DNA of 64,000 nucleotides from a virus (Duplodnaviria; Caudoviricetes): IMG/VR virus record IMGVR_UViG_3300025718_000006, positions 1,916 to 65,915 of that record; one strand, 5' to 3'. Shown piece by piece: positions 26,683 to 34,825 of this stretch (position 1 is its first letter; each line of letters starts with the position of its first letter). The notes under the pieces were generated by a model. It saw only the letters and a program-made list of their open reading frames with translations, ran no database searches and was not told where the DNA came from. The position numbers and the translations under genes were made by a program.

Positions 26683-27585
26683 ATGATAATTGGTTTAGAC
26701 AATGGATTTCAAAACACTAAAACTTCTGAGGGAATTATATTTCCAAGTACAATTAAAACTGGTAAAGATATTGATATAAATAAAGACACTATAAATGTAA
26801 ATATTGATGGTATTGATTATACAGTGGGAGCCGAGGATGGTGAAGGTGTTGCAGATAATAATAAAACAAATTCGTTAGTTACTGAAATATGTACCATTAC
26901 CGCAATTGCTATGAGTTTTCCTGAAAGTACATTTATCGAAGCAGATGTTGTTGCTGGTTTACCTATTGCATTTTATTCTAGTCAGAAAGAAGCTTTCAAA
27001 GAAAAACTATTAAGTTATGGTGTTAAAAGGATTAAAATAGGTGAACATTTTCAAGATATTAAAATAAAAAGTGTTATGGTATATCCTCAAAGTGTTGGTG
27101 TGGCTTTTTTAAATGCTAAAGATATTAAGAATGACGATACATTGATTATTGATATTGGCGGTTCTACTGTAGATATATCTCATTTTGAAGGTATGAAGTT
27201 AATTAATAAAGCTACTTATCCGTTGGGAATGTTGAAACTTTATTCTAATTTAGTCCAAAGGATAGTATCTGAGCATGATGTTAATATTGCAGCTTATCAG
27301 ATGGATAACAAATTACAGAAAGGTTATATTACATCAAAGACAGGTAAAATTGATTTAGGACAGTATGGGAGCGTTATAGATGAACATGTTAGAAAAGTAG
27401 CTAATGCAATCAAAACAGATTTCAAGACACACGACACTATGGATAATACATTTATTATTGGTGGCGGTGGAATAAGATTGTTTGATAAAATTAAACCATT
27501 ATTTAATAACGCTGAACTTATTGATAATGCTCAATTTGTAAATGCTAATGCTTTTAAATATATGGGAGAACTTAAAAGTTTATAG
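26683..27585 (+). CDS. parM: ParM/StbA actin-like partition ATPase
   Basis: IGLDNGFQNTK (phosphate 1), VMVYPQS, IIDIGGSTVD (phosphate 2), IIGGGG (adenosine), FVNANAF. Confidence 0.9.
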   Translation: MIIGLDNGFQNTKTSEGIIFPSTIKTGKDIDINKDTINVNIDGIDYTVGAEDGEGVADNNKTNSLVTEICTITAIAMSFPESTFIEADVVAGLPIAFYSSQKEAFKEKLLSYGVKRIKIGEHFQDIKIKSVMVYPQSVGVAFLNAKDIKNDDTLIIDIGGSTVDISHFEGMKLINKATYPLGMLKLYSNLVQRIVSEHDVNIAAYQMDNKLQKGYITSKTGKIDLGQYGSVIDEHVRKVANAIKTDFKTHDTMDNTFIIGGGGIRLFDKIKPLFNNAELIDNAQFVNANAFKYMGELKSL

Positions 27586-27594
27586 GAGGTAGCT

Positions 27595-27861
27595 ATGGCA
27601 GCTAGTAGAGTTAAATCAGTTAGCTTTAAAGATGATGAAAAGGAATTATTGCAATATTGCGAGGAACAGGGAAACTTTTCAGAGTTTATGAAAAAATTAG
27701 CTTTGGAACGTAAAAACAAAGGATATAAATTTGACAAAGAACAGGAAAAAACAATTATAGAAATGATTAAAAAGTATGCTCCTACTGTTAAGGATGAAGA
27801 TATTAAAAAAGATTTTGATAAAGAGAAATTAGAAGCACTAGGACAATTTGATAATATGTAA
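27595..27861 (+). CDS. parR: ParR-like centromere-binding adaptor (RHH)
   Basis: Directly after parM; KSVSFK strand then helices NFSEFMKKL; acidic C-terminal tail. Confidence 0.7.
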   Translation: MAASRVKSVSFKDDEKELLQYCEEQGNFSEFMKKLALERKNKGYKFDKEQEKTIIEMIKKYAPTVKDEDIKKDFDKEKLEALGQFDNM

Positions 27862-27866
27862 TTTTG

Positions 27867-27900
27867 AAACTCTTACTTAATTGTAGGGGTTTTTCTTATT
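27867..27900 (+). terminator. par operon terminator
   Basis: AAACTCTTAC/GTAGGGGTTT plus T-run. Confidence 0.65.
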
Positions 27901-27975
27901 TTGAAATATATTTTATTATTTATGTGTAATAGGGTAGGGTAGTGGTATAATAGTATATATAAGGGGTTGATAAAA

Positions 27976-28119
27976 ATGAGAAAAGGTAAAATAGGATTGT
28001 GGGCAGGCAGTTTAAGCATAAGATTAACGGAGGAATTTAAAAGTTTAGGGTTAAAAGAAACTGATGTTGTAAGTGTTTCTGTAGAAAAAGATAAAATAGT
28101 TATAGAAAAGGTTAAATAG
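27976..28119 (+). CDS. AbrB/MazE-like small DNA-binding protein (47 aa)
   Basis: MRKGKIGLWAGSLSIRLTEEFKSLGLKETDVVSVSVEKDKIVIEKVK; not in the track. Confidence 0.65.
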   Translation: MRKGKIGLWAGSLSIRLTEEFKSLGLKETDVVSVSVEKDKIVIEKVK

Positions 28120-29012
28120 TGGAAACAAGGATTTGTAGTAAATGTGGTGAAGAACTAGATATTGCTATGTTTTATAAAAACAAATGTAGAAAAGATGGAT
28201 ATAAAACTGAATGTAAAGAATGTGAAAAGCGCTATAGAGAAGTGAATAAAGAAAAAATAGCAGAATATAAAAAACAATATAGAGAAAAAAATAGTAAGAA
28301 ATTATCAGAATACGGAAAGAAATATTCACGTAAAAATAAAGATAAAAAAGAAAAGTATAGAGAAGAAAAAAAGGAATATATTGCTCGAAAAGTTAAAGAA
28401 TACTCTGAAAATCATAAAGAAGAAATAAATAGGTATTTAGAGAAAAATAAAATCACAATAGCTCTTCAAAAAAAACGGTATAAAGAAAAAAATAAAGATA
28501 GAATTGATGAATATAACAAGCTTTGGTACGACGAAAACAAAAGCCATGTATTAGAATACGCAAAACAATACGTCGAACAAAATAAAGAAGCGGTTATCAA
28601 AACACGCAAAAAATATAAAAAAGACAATAAGGATAAAATAACTAGATATAGAAAAGACAATTTAGAAAAATTCAGGATTTACAGTCAAAATAGACGATCT
28701 GTGCAACATGGGTTAGCACATAATCTTACTGATATCCAATGGATAACTATTAAACAACATTTCAAAAATTCATGTGCTTATTGTGGCAAAGAATTACCAC
28801 TAACGCAAGAACACTTCTTGGCTTCGTCTAAGGGTGGAGAATATACAGTCAACAATATTATACCTAGTTGCCAAAGTTGTAATAGCAGTAAAAATAATAA
28901 AGATGCTTTAATCTGGTTTAGAGGTTATAAATATTTTAGTAAAAAGCGAGAAAAAAATATTTTAAAATTTCTCGGCATTGAAGATGATGCCCAACAATTA
29001 AAAATGTTTTAA
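28119..29012 (+). CDS. HNH endonuclease with Zn-finger N-terminus and long basic helical region
   Basis: CSKC...CKEC at the N-terminus; CAYCG...QEHF...GG....NIIPSCQSCNSSK; ends QQLKMF. Confidence 0.85.
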   Translation: METRICSKCGEELDIAMFYKNKCRKDGYKTECKECEKRYREVNKEKIAEYKKQYREKNSKKLSEYGKKYSRKNKDKKEKYREEKKEYIARKVKEYSENHKEEINRYLEKNKITIALQKKRYKEKNKDRIDEYNKLWYDENKSHVLEYAKQYVEQNKEAVIKTRKKYKKDNKDKITRYRKDNLEKFRIYSQNRRSVQHGLAHNLTDIQWITIKQHFKNSCAYCGKELPLTQEHFLASSKGGEYTVNNIIPSCQSCNSSKNNKDALIWFRGYKYFSKKREKNILKFLGIEDDAQQLKMF

Positions 29013-29124
29013 CACTAAAGGTTGCTGAGAAGTGGCCTTCTTTTTATACGAAAATATAAACATATAGTCACATATATTCACCATCAACCATAATATGAAG
29101 TATAGCAATATGAAAGGTTTTAAC

Positions 29125-29265
29125 GTGAATAAGAATTTAAAAATATATGTGTCTTTTAAAAACAATGATGATGATTATAAGATATATAAACATGTTAGAA
29201 ATAAAGGCGATATGTCTAATTATATCAAAGATTTAATTAAAAATGATATGTTTAAAAAGAATTAG
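29125..29265 (+). CDS. Small RHH protein (46 aa), ParR/CopG/MobC-like
   Basis: MNKNLKIYVSFKNNDDDYKIYKHVRNKGDMSNYIKDLIKNDMFKKN resembles the ParR N-terminus. Confidence 0.6.
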   Translation: MNKNLKIYVSFKNNDDDYKIYKHVRNKGDMSNYIKDLIKNDMFKKN

Positions 29266-29359
29266 TAAAAATTCTATAAAACACCATGGCCACATATCCA
29301 CCACTCACTAACGCACTAACACCACACGCTGCCATGCCAATCGTACCAATTATAATCAT
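29252..29359 (-). CDS. 35-aa hydrophobic peptide
   Basis: RBS GAGGTG; MIIIGTIGMAACGVSALVSGGYVAMVFYRIFTNSF; explains the local C/A-rich plus-strand skew. Confidence 0.55.
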   Translation of the reverse strand: MIIIGTIGMAACGVSALVSGGYVAMVFYRIFTNSF

Positions 29360-29439
29360 ATCTAACACCTCGCTTTATATTTATAATAATAGTTTGCCCT
29401 TTTTAATAGGAATTATACCAATTTATAAGGAGTTTAAAA

Positions 29440-30876
29440 ATGGAATTACTTGCAGTAGGCACAAAAATAGGTTGGGCGGTAGTCACTGGGTGTATTTGCC
29501 AGGGTTCGATTATGGGATATAAAAATTTTCATAAAGTTACTAAAATAGGAACTGCATATAAAGGTACTAGAAAAGATATAAAGGATTTTTTAGGAACTAA
29601 AGGTATAAGGTTAAGCCAACGATATATTTTGTCAGAAAAAACAATGTATGAGCATATTGCAATATTTGGGAAAACGGGTTCTTACAAAAGTAGTGCTGAA
29701 TATATTCCTAATTTATTATCTAACAATTTACCAATGTCGAGCCTTATAATTTCAGACGTAAAAGGCGAAATTTTTGAAAAAACTAGCTGGTATCAGAAAA
29801 ATGTGTGCGGTCGAGAAATCAAAGTATTCTGTCCAATGAATCCAGGGAAAAGCATAAGCATCAATCCTTTAGCAATATGTAGAGGTTTTAGTGATGTAAA
29901 TAATTTAGCACAAACTATATTAAATAATGCTGATAAAGGTGTAAACGATAAAAACAGTGGCGGTGCCGAATGGTTAGTATTAAGCAAACCTCTCTTAGTA
30001 GCGGTATTGCTTTATTGTAGACATAGAGGTGGAGAACAATGCAATATTACCACCGCTTTAGATTTAATCGTTACACATAGCAATTACGACCTAGAAAAGC
30101 TATTTCAAAACACTACAACTGAAATACAAGACCAATGGAGTATATTTAAAATGAGTTTAGGAGCAAAAGGGCTTGAAAGTAGCATAAAAACAACACTAGC
30201 AAGTGCATTGCAATCATTTAGTGATTTTAAAATAGCTTCCACGACCTCAAACAATGAATTTAATCCAACAGAATTAAGACAACGACCAATTGCACTATAT
30301 ATTATTAACAGTGAAGTGCAAGCTGATTATCTAGCACCTTTAATGGCAACGGTATTTAGCCAATTAATCAATTTCAATTTAGATTATTATGATGCAAATT
30401 CTAATTGCTTACCAATATTTAATTTTTATGATGAATATGCTAATTTGGGAATAATTTCCGGAATGAATCACATTATAACGGCTGCTAGATCAAGAAAATT
30501 TAGTCTTAATTTATGTATTCATGATATTCGTCAATTGTTTAGACTTTATGGCCAAGATTTATCTTACACAATGCTTAACAATCTTACAACTAAAATAGTT
30601 CTTCCTGGAATAAGCGAACCAGTTACAATCGATTATTTATCTAAAATTTGTGGAGAATGTGAAATCGAAGTTAAATCCAAAAGCAAAACAGGCGATAAAA
30701 TAACAGTGTCTACTTCTAAACAGAAAAAGAGACTCTATAATGACAATGAAATAAGATGTTTACCTGATAAAACCTGCATAATAATTATAAATAATAAGCA
30801 AGTGGTTAGTGATGATCTTAATGTTTATTTTGAAAATAAAGAATATGAAGGTAGAGACATAAAACAGATTCTTTAA
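29440..30876 (+). CDS. virD4: Type IV coupling protein (VirD4/TraG-like)
   Basis: N-terminal TM; EHIAIFGKTGSYKS (variant Walker A), IISDVKGEI, INPL, FYDEYANLG (Walker B), ARSRKF.L.L.IHD..QL...YG, NNLTTKI. Confidence 0.82.
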   Translation: MELLAVGTKIGWAVVTGCICQGSIMGYKNFHKVTKIGTAYKGTRKDIKDFLGTKGIRLSQRYILSEKTMYEHIAIFGKTGSYKSSAEYIPNLLSNNLPMSSLIISDVKGEIFEKTSWYQKNVCGREIKVFCPMNPGKSISINPLAICRGFSDVNNLAQTILNNADKGVNDKNSGGAEWLVLSKPLLVAVLLYCRHRGGEQCNITTALDLIVTHSNYDLEKLFQNTTTEIQDQWSIFKMSLGAKGLESSIKTTLASALQSFSDFKIASTTSNNEFNPTELRQRPIALYIINSEVQADYLAPLMATVFSQLINFNLDYYDANSNCLPIFNFYDEYANLGIISGMNHIITAARSRKFSLNLCIHDIRQLFRLYGQDLSYTMLNNLTTKIVLPGISEPVTIDYLSKICGECEIEVKSKSKTGDKITVSTSKQKKRLYNDNEIRCLPDKTCIIIINNKQVVSDDLNVYFENKEYEGRDIKQIL

Positions 30877-30914
30877 TACGTTGAGCGGAGCGAAAACGAA
30901 AAGGAGTAGTATGT

Positions 30915-30945
30915 TTTTCCTTTGATTTTTTTCCTTTGATTTTTT
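30915..30945 (+). repeat. Tandem 14-bp direct repeat
   Basis: TTTCCTTTGATTTT twice, in the intergenic gap before the mob genes. Confidence 0.5.
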
Positions 30946-30997
30946 ACCTATTCATCCTTTAGTTTCCAATTGTTAATTAATTTTATGGAGGTAAATA

Positions 30998-31366
30998 TTG
31001 TTAAGTATATTAGGATATTTTGGATATAGTTTGTTAGGGTTTGGGATTGGAGGTTTATTTTTTAAAGGTATAGATAAAAAGGTTATTATGGAGGAATTTA
31101 GAAAATTTAAAAAAGTTAAAGATAATGAAATTTTGCAATTTAATGAAAATAAACAAACAAATACTTTGCAGTTACAGGAATTAATTAAAGATAAAACAGA
31201 ATTAAATAAATTGTATAATCGTTCTGTTAGGAATATAGAATTGAAGGATAAAGAATTGGAAGATATCCAGCAACAAATAGATCAACTTATGCTACAAATG
31301 AAACTTGATAAAAGACCACAAAAGGTAGAAAAGGAAAGTTTCGAAACATTTTTAAGTAATAAATAG
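30998..31366 (+). CDS. Membrane-anchored coiled-coil protein
   Basis: N-terminal TM (ILGYFGYSLLGFGIGGLFF) then heptad-rich sequence; TTG follows GGAGG. Confidence 0.65.
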   Translation: MLSILGYFGYSLLGFGIGGLFFKGIDKKVIMEEFRKFKKVKDNEILQFNENKQTNTLQLQELIKDKTELNKLYNRSVRNIELKDKELEDIQQQIDQLMLQMKLDKRPQKVEKESFETFLSNK

Positions 31367-31375
31367 GGGGATATT

Positions 31376-32356
31376 TTGGATAATATTATCGGTGTTGATA
31401 ATAATGTTTATGTGAGTGATGCCAAAGAGGTTACGTTTAGGAGCGGTGGGCAACCTGTTCAATATGCAATTCTGAGAATTGACCGTAAATTTTATAATTT
31501 AGAAGCTATTGAAGCTTGGGAGTATCACATGGAGCGTGAGGGTCAAGTTGAAAATGCAGACTCTACGAAAACTTATGAAAACAGAATACTTATAGGTGAT
31601 GGAAATGTTTATGAAAATCTTAAACAACACATCGAGGGTGTATGGAAACGTAAGGATAGTTGTATTGCAAGAGATATGGTACTTACAACAAGCCCTGAGT
31701 TCATGCAGACATTATCTAAACCAGACTTTGAAAAGTGGCTTACAATTAATGTAGAGTGGCTTAAAAATAGCTATGGTAATAATGTAATTTATGCGGTTTT
31801 GCATATGGATGAGACAACCGCTCATATACACGTAATGTTAAGTGTTGATTATACAAACGAAAAAGGTAAAAGGATAATGTCTAATAAACGTTTTTTTGAT
31901 GGCAAGGTAATGTTAAGCCAACTACAAACGGATTATGCAAATTGTATGATAAACAGTTTCAAATCACTTACGAGAGGGTTGAAAGGAAGTAAAGCATTTC
32001 ATTTTGACGTAAAAAAATATTATCAATTATGTGCTGAAAAATTAGACGAGAAGAATATCGAGAGTATTATGGCAAAAGCAAAAAATAATGAATTAACTGA
32101 AATTAAATTAAAAGAAACTAAACGGACTTTATCAGCTTATAAGAATTATCAAGTTGCCAGGGATGCAGAAAAAGAGAATTTGCAGCAACAAAACATCAAA
32201 TTATACCAAAGTCTTAAATTAATGCAAAAGGAAAATGAAGTATATATTGAGGGAATCAAAACTTTGGCTGAATATTACAAAATACCAGTACAGAATATTG
32301 AAAAAGTTCTTGAATATTGCAAAGACAAATCAATTAATAAGGAGTTAGAAAAGTGA
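31376..32356 (+). CDS. mobV: MobV/Pre family relaxase
   Basis: H-x-x-R (YHMER), N..L.G, MVLTTSPEF, AVLHMDETTAHIH (HUH), LQTDY, RG..GS...H; C-terminal coiled coil. Confidence 0.87.
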   Translation: MDNIIGVDNNVYVSDAKEVTFRSGGQPVQYAILRIDRKFYNLEAIEAWEYHMEREGQVENADSTKTYENRILIGDGNVYENLKQHIEGVWKRKDSCIARDMVLTTSPEFMQTLSKPDFEKWLTINVEWLKNSYGNNVIYAVLHMDETTAHIHVMLSVDYTNEKGKRIMSNKRFFDGKVMLSQLQTDYANCMINSFKSLTRGLKGSKAFHFDVKKYYQLCAEKLDEKNIESIMAKAKNNELTEIKLKETKRTLSAYKNYQVARDAEKENLQQQNIKLYQSLKLMQKENEVYIEGIKTLAEYYKIPVQNIEKVLEYCKDKSINKELEK

Positions 32357-32514
32357 AATATGATATCAATTATTTAGGATTTAGGGGCGAAGTTGTTGAA
32401 ACTATAAATTATAAGAATGAAAAAGAGTTTGAAAAGGAAATAAGAGATTGCTATAATACCGGCGCACCAATTGACTTTAAATATACTGAAAATGAACAGG
32501 AAATCGAAAGATGA
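32353..32514 (+). CDS. Small protein ending EQEIER (53 aa)
   Basis: GTGA overlap with the mobV stop; not in the track. Confidence 0.6.
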   Translation: MKYDINYLGFRGEVVETINYKNEKEFEKEIRDCYNTGAPIDFKYTENEQEIER

Positions 32515-32666
32515 TATTAGAATATGAGAGTACTACATGGGTGAAAACATTATCTGAAAGTAAAATGACAATTGAAAACAAAATCGAAGTAGAGGACCTA
32601 TTAAAAGAAATGAGAAATTATGATTGGATTGATGAAAAGAAAAAGTTTTTGAAAAGAGTAATTTAA
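32511..32666 (+). CDS. Small hypothetical protein (51 aa)
   Basis: ATGA overlap; MILEYESTTWVKTLSE... Confidence 0.5.
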   Translation: MILEYESTTWVKTLSESKMTIENKIEVEDLLKEMRNYDWIDEKKKFLKRVI

Positions 32667-32678
32667 AGGAGTTATAAA

Positions 32679-32897
32679 ATGGCATTGGCAATATTAATAG
32701 GCAGTAAAATAACTAAAGGTTTAATAGTAGCTTATCTAATTTCAGCAGGAAAGTTTTTAAAGTATGAAAAATATAGCACCATGGTTAAAAATGCAGATAT
32801 TGAAATGAAAATAATTAGAGGTGGCGTATTATCAGAAACCGCACATGGAGTTAATATCCTATACACGTTAGGTCAAATAGCACTAGCAATAATATAA
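32679..32897 (+). CDS. Small membrane-associated protein
   Basis: Hydrophobic N- and C-termini; AGGAG RBS. Confidence 0.55.
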   Translation: MALAILIGSKITKGLIVAYLISAGKFLKYEKYSTMVKNADIEMKIIRGGVLSETAHGVNILYTLGQIALAII

Positions 32898-32909
32898 GGA
32901 GCCTATAAA

Positions 32910-33101
32910 ATGGATTTAGCTGCAAGGCTGGAAGAATTATATCATACTATTATGTTAGATGATTGTTTAAATGAGGAAAGCAGAGAATGGGAGAACGCTA
33001 GACACGAGATTTTAAGTGAAGCTATTAAGGATAGTTGCAACTATTACGGTGAAAGACGTTGTGAACATGAGTATGAATCTGAGAGAGAAATAGAGAGGTA
33101 G
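32910..33101 (+). CDS. Small acidic protein ending EREIER
   Basis: 63 aa; AGGAG RBS. Confidence 0.6.
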   Translation: MDLAARLEELYHTIMLDDCLNEESREWENARHEILSEAIKDSCNYYGERRCEHEYESEREIER

Positions 33102-33157
33102 CAAAGGAAACGTTAACTATTTCAATTTTACCTTAGATATAGTAAAGTATTTAAGAG

Positions 33158-33664
33158 GTGAAATTGATGAACAATACCGAATTTGAAGAACTAAATGTAA
33201 TGAAACAGATTGACTATGTTAACAAATTACTTGAAAAGGGGGAAAGTTTAACTAAAATAACGCACGACCTAGAGGTGGGAAGGTCAACATTAGGCAGAAA
33301 TTTTAAGAAAGCTGACTATAGTTTCGATTCCACGACTAAGCAGTACGTCAAACCAAATGTACCACATTCCGAAAAGGATGGCAATACTCCAAATATTGAC
33401 AATGAAATTAGAAACATCAAAGGAAACGTTTCTGATGTTGGAAACAAAACAAAAACTATAACTGGAAACATTGGTGAAAACGTAAATGAATCTATTGTGA
33501 TTACTAAACTTGTTTCTATTCCAAAGCCGAAACGGACTTCATATTATTTGAACACAAATACGGTAAAAAAGATTGAAAAGCTAGCTAAAGAAAGCAATAT
33601 GGGAATTTCTGAATTTTTGCAGCTTTTTTTGGACAAAACATTAGACAAAGTGGAAATAAAATAA
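33158..33664 (+). CDS. Plasmid-type DNA-binding protein (N-terminal HTH, C-terminal RHH)
   Basis: SLTKITHDLEVGRSTLGRNF HTH; KRTSYYL....VKKIEKLAKESNMGISEFL RHH. Confidence 0.7.
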   Translation: MKLMNNTEFEELNVMKQIDYVNKLLEKGESLTKITHDLEVGRSTLGRNFKKADYSFDSTTKQYVKPNVPHSEKDGNTPNIDNEIRNIKGNVSDVGNKTKTITGNIGENVNESIVITKLVSIPKPKRTSYYLNTNTVKKIEKLAKESNMGISEFLQLFLDKTLDKVEIK

Positions 33665-33672
33665 ACAAAACA

Positions 33673-33705
33673 AAAGCAGCTACAATTTAATAATGTGGCT
33701 GCTTT
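33673..33705. terminator. Bidirectional terminator
   Basis: AAAGCAGCTACA / TGTGGCTGCTTT. Confidence 0.7.
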
Positions 33706-33926
33706 GCTATGTTATGATTTTTTATTTTTTTTTTTAAGTTGTTCTAAAATTTCTTTTTTCGTAAAGACTTTTCCGTCATACTCGATATATAAAAGACCTT
33801 CCAGTTTCTTTAACATATTTTATCCCCCCACACCGTACATATATTCGCATACTTAGAGTATAACATCAAATGCAACGTTGCGAGAAATAAATTACTGATA
33901 AAATTGTATAAATTATGACAATTTTA

Positions 33927-34358
33927 TCATTTTATCTTATCAAAGTCAATTCCAGAATTTCTCAATTCTATTACCAATTCTTGTATTTCCTTCAATGACA
34001 TATTTGCCAAAGAACTGTTTTTGTCGAAAACAATCTTAACGTTATGTTCAACATTTTTTTCGTCAAATAAATTCGTCTGAATTGCTTTACTATTTTTTTC
34101 GTCTACAATTCCCATTAAATAATCAGTTGAAACATCAAAATAATTAGCTATCTTACTAATAATGAAAAGGTCAGGAATACGAGTAGATCTTTCGTAATTT
34201 CCTATTGAGCCATAGGTTGCACCTATACCGTATTTATCCCTCAGTATTTTAGCAAACTCTTCCAATGTAAGTCCTTTATCTGTTCTTAGCCGTTTCAAAC
34301 GTCTAGCGAATGTTTTTCTTAATTCAACATCAATCTTAATATCGGTTTCTTTTTCCAT
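33927..34358 (-). CDS. XRE-family HTH repressor (CI-like)
   Basis: RLKRLRTDKGLTLEEFA...IGNYERSTRIP...IANYFDVSTDYLMG; ATG 34358 follows GGAGG; divergent from cro. Confidence 0.85.
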   Translation of the reverse strand: MEKETDIKIDVELRKTFARRLKRLRTDKGLTLEEFAKILRDKYGIGATYGSIGNYERSTRIPDLFIISKIANYFDVSTDYLMGIVDEKNSKAIQTNLFDEKNVEHNVKIVFDKNSSLANMSLKEIQELVIELRNSGIDFDKIK

Positions 34359-34518
34359 ACTTCTACCTCCATATTTTAACTTTATGAATAATAAATACAA
34401 TAATTAGTAAATAAGCATAAAGTTTATATCAATTATATACTTCTATTATAAACGATATTCGCAATAATAATACCTATATGAACAAAATAAATTCATAGAG
34501 TAATAGAGAAAAAAATAA

Positions 34519-34581
34519 TTTAACATTAAGTTGAAAATATACATATTAAGGGTTGACAGATTCAACGTTAAGGCATATAGT
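34519..34581 (+). promoter_or_regulatory. cro promoter and operator in the repressor/cro switch
   Basis: TTTAAC ATTAA GTTGAA (34519-34535); TTGACA (34553)-17 bp-TATAGT with TTCAACGTTAAGG in the spacer. Confidence 0.75.
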
Positions 34582-34619
34582 ATAAATATAAACATTTACC
34601 AAACAAAGGGAGTGAAGGA

Positions 34620-34802
34620 ATGAAAAGGAAAGAATTGAAAATGGAGAGAATTAAACAAGATTTAACTCAATCGCAAGTTGCAGAAAAAATAGGAATATCT
34701 ACACAAAGATATAGTTTGTTCGAGAATGGAAACTGCAATCTCAATTTTGTACATTTGAAAGCGCTAATTAGTTTCTTAAAAATCAAATTTGAAATTCTTT
34801 AA
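34620..34802 (+). CDS. Cro-like XRE HTH protein
   Basis: LKMERIKQDLTQSQVAEKIGISTQRYSLFENG. Confidence 0.85.
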   Translation: MKRKELKMERIKQDLTQSQVAEKIGISTQRYSLFENGNCNLNFVHLKALISFLKIKFEIL

Positions 34803-34825
34803 AAATAAAAGGGGGAAAAGTTAAA

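Noticed and set aside
28119-29012. HNH genes as RNA-guided IscB/Cas9-like nucleases
   Set aside because: No RuvC or PLMP/RRXRR motifs; the architecture is Zn-finger/helical plus HNH, as in homing endonucleases.
29286-29522. 78-aa plus-strand ORF (MATYPPLTNALTPH...)
   Set aside because: No RBS and it overlaps the T4CP start; the composition is better explained by the minus-strand 35-aa peptide gene.
33700-33850. Possible small minus-strand ORF downstream of the repressor
   Set aside because: No convincing start codon with RBS in the open frame.
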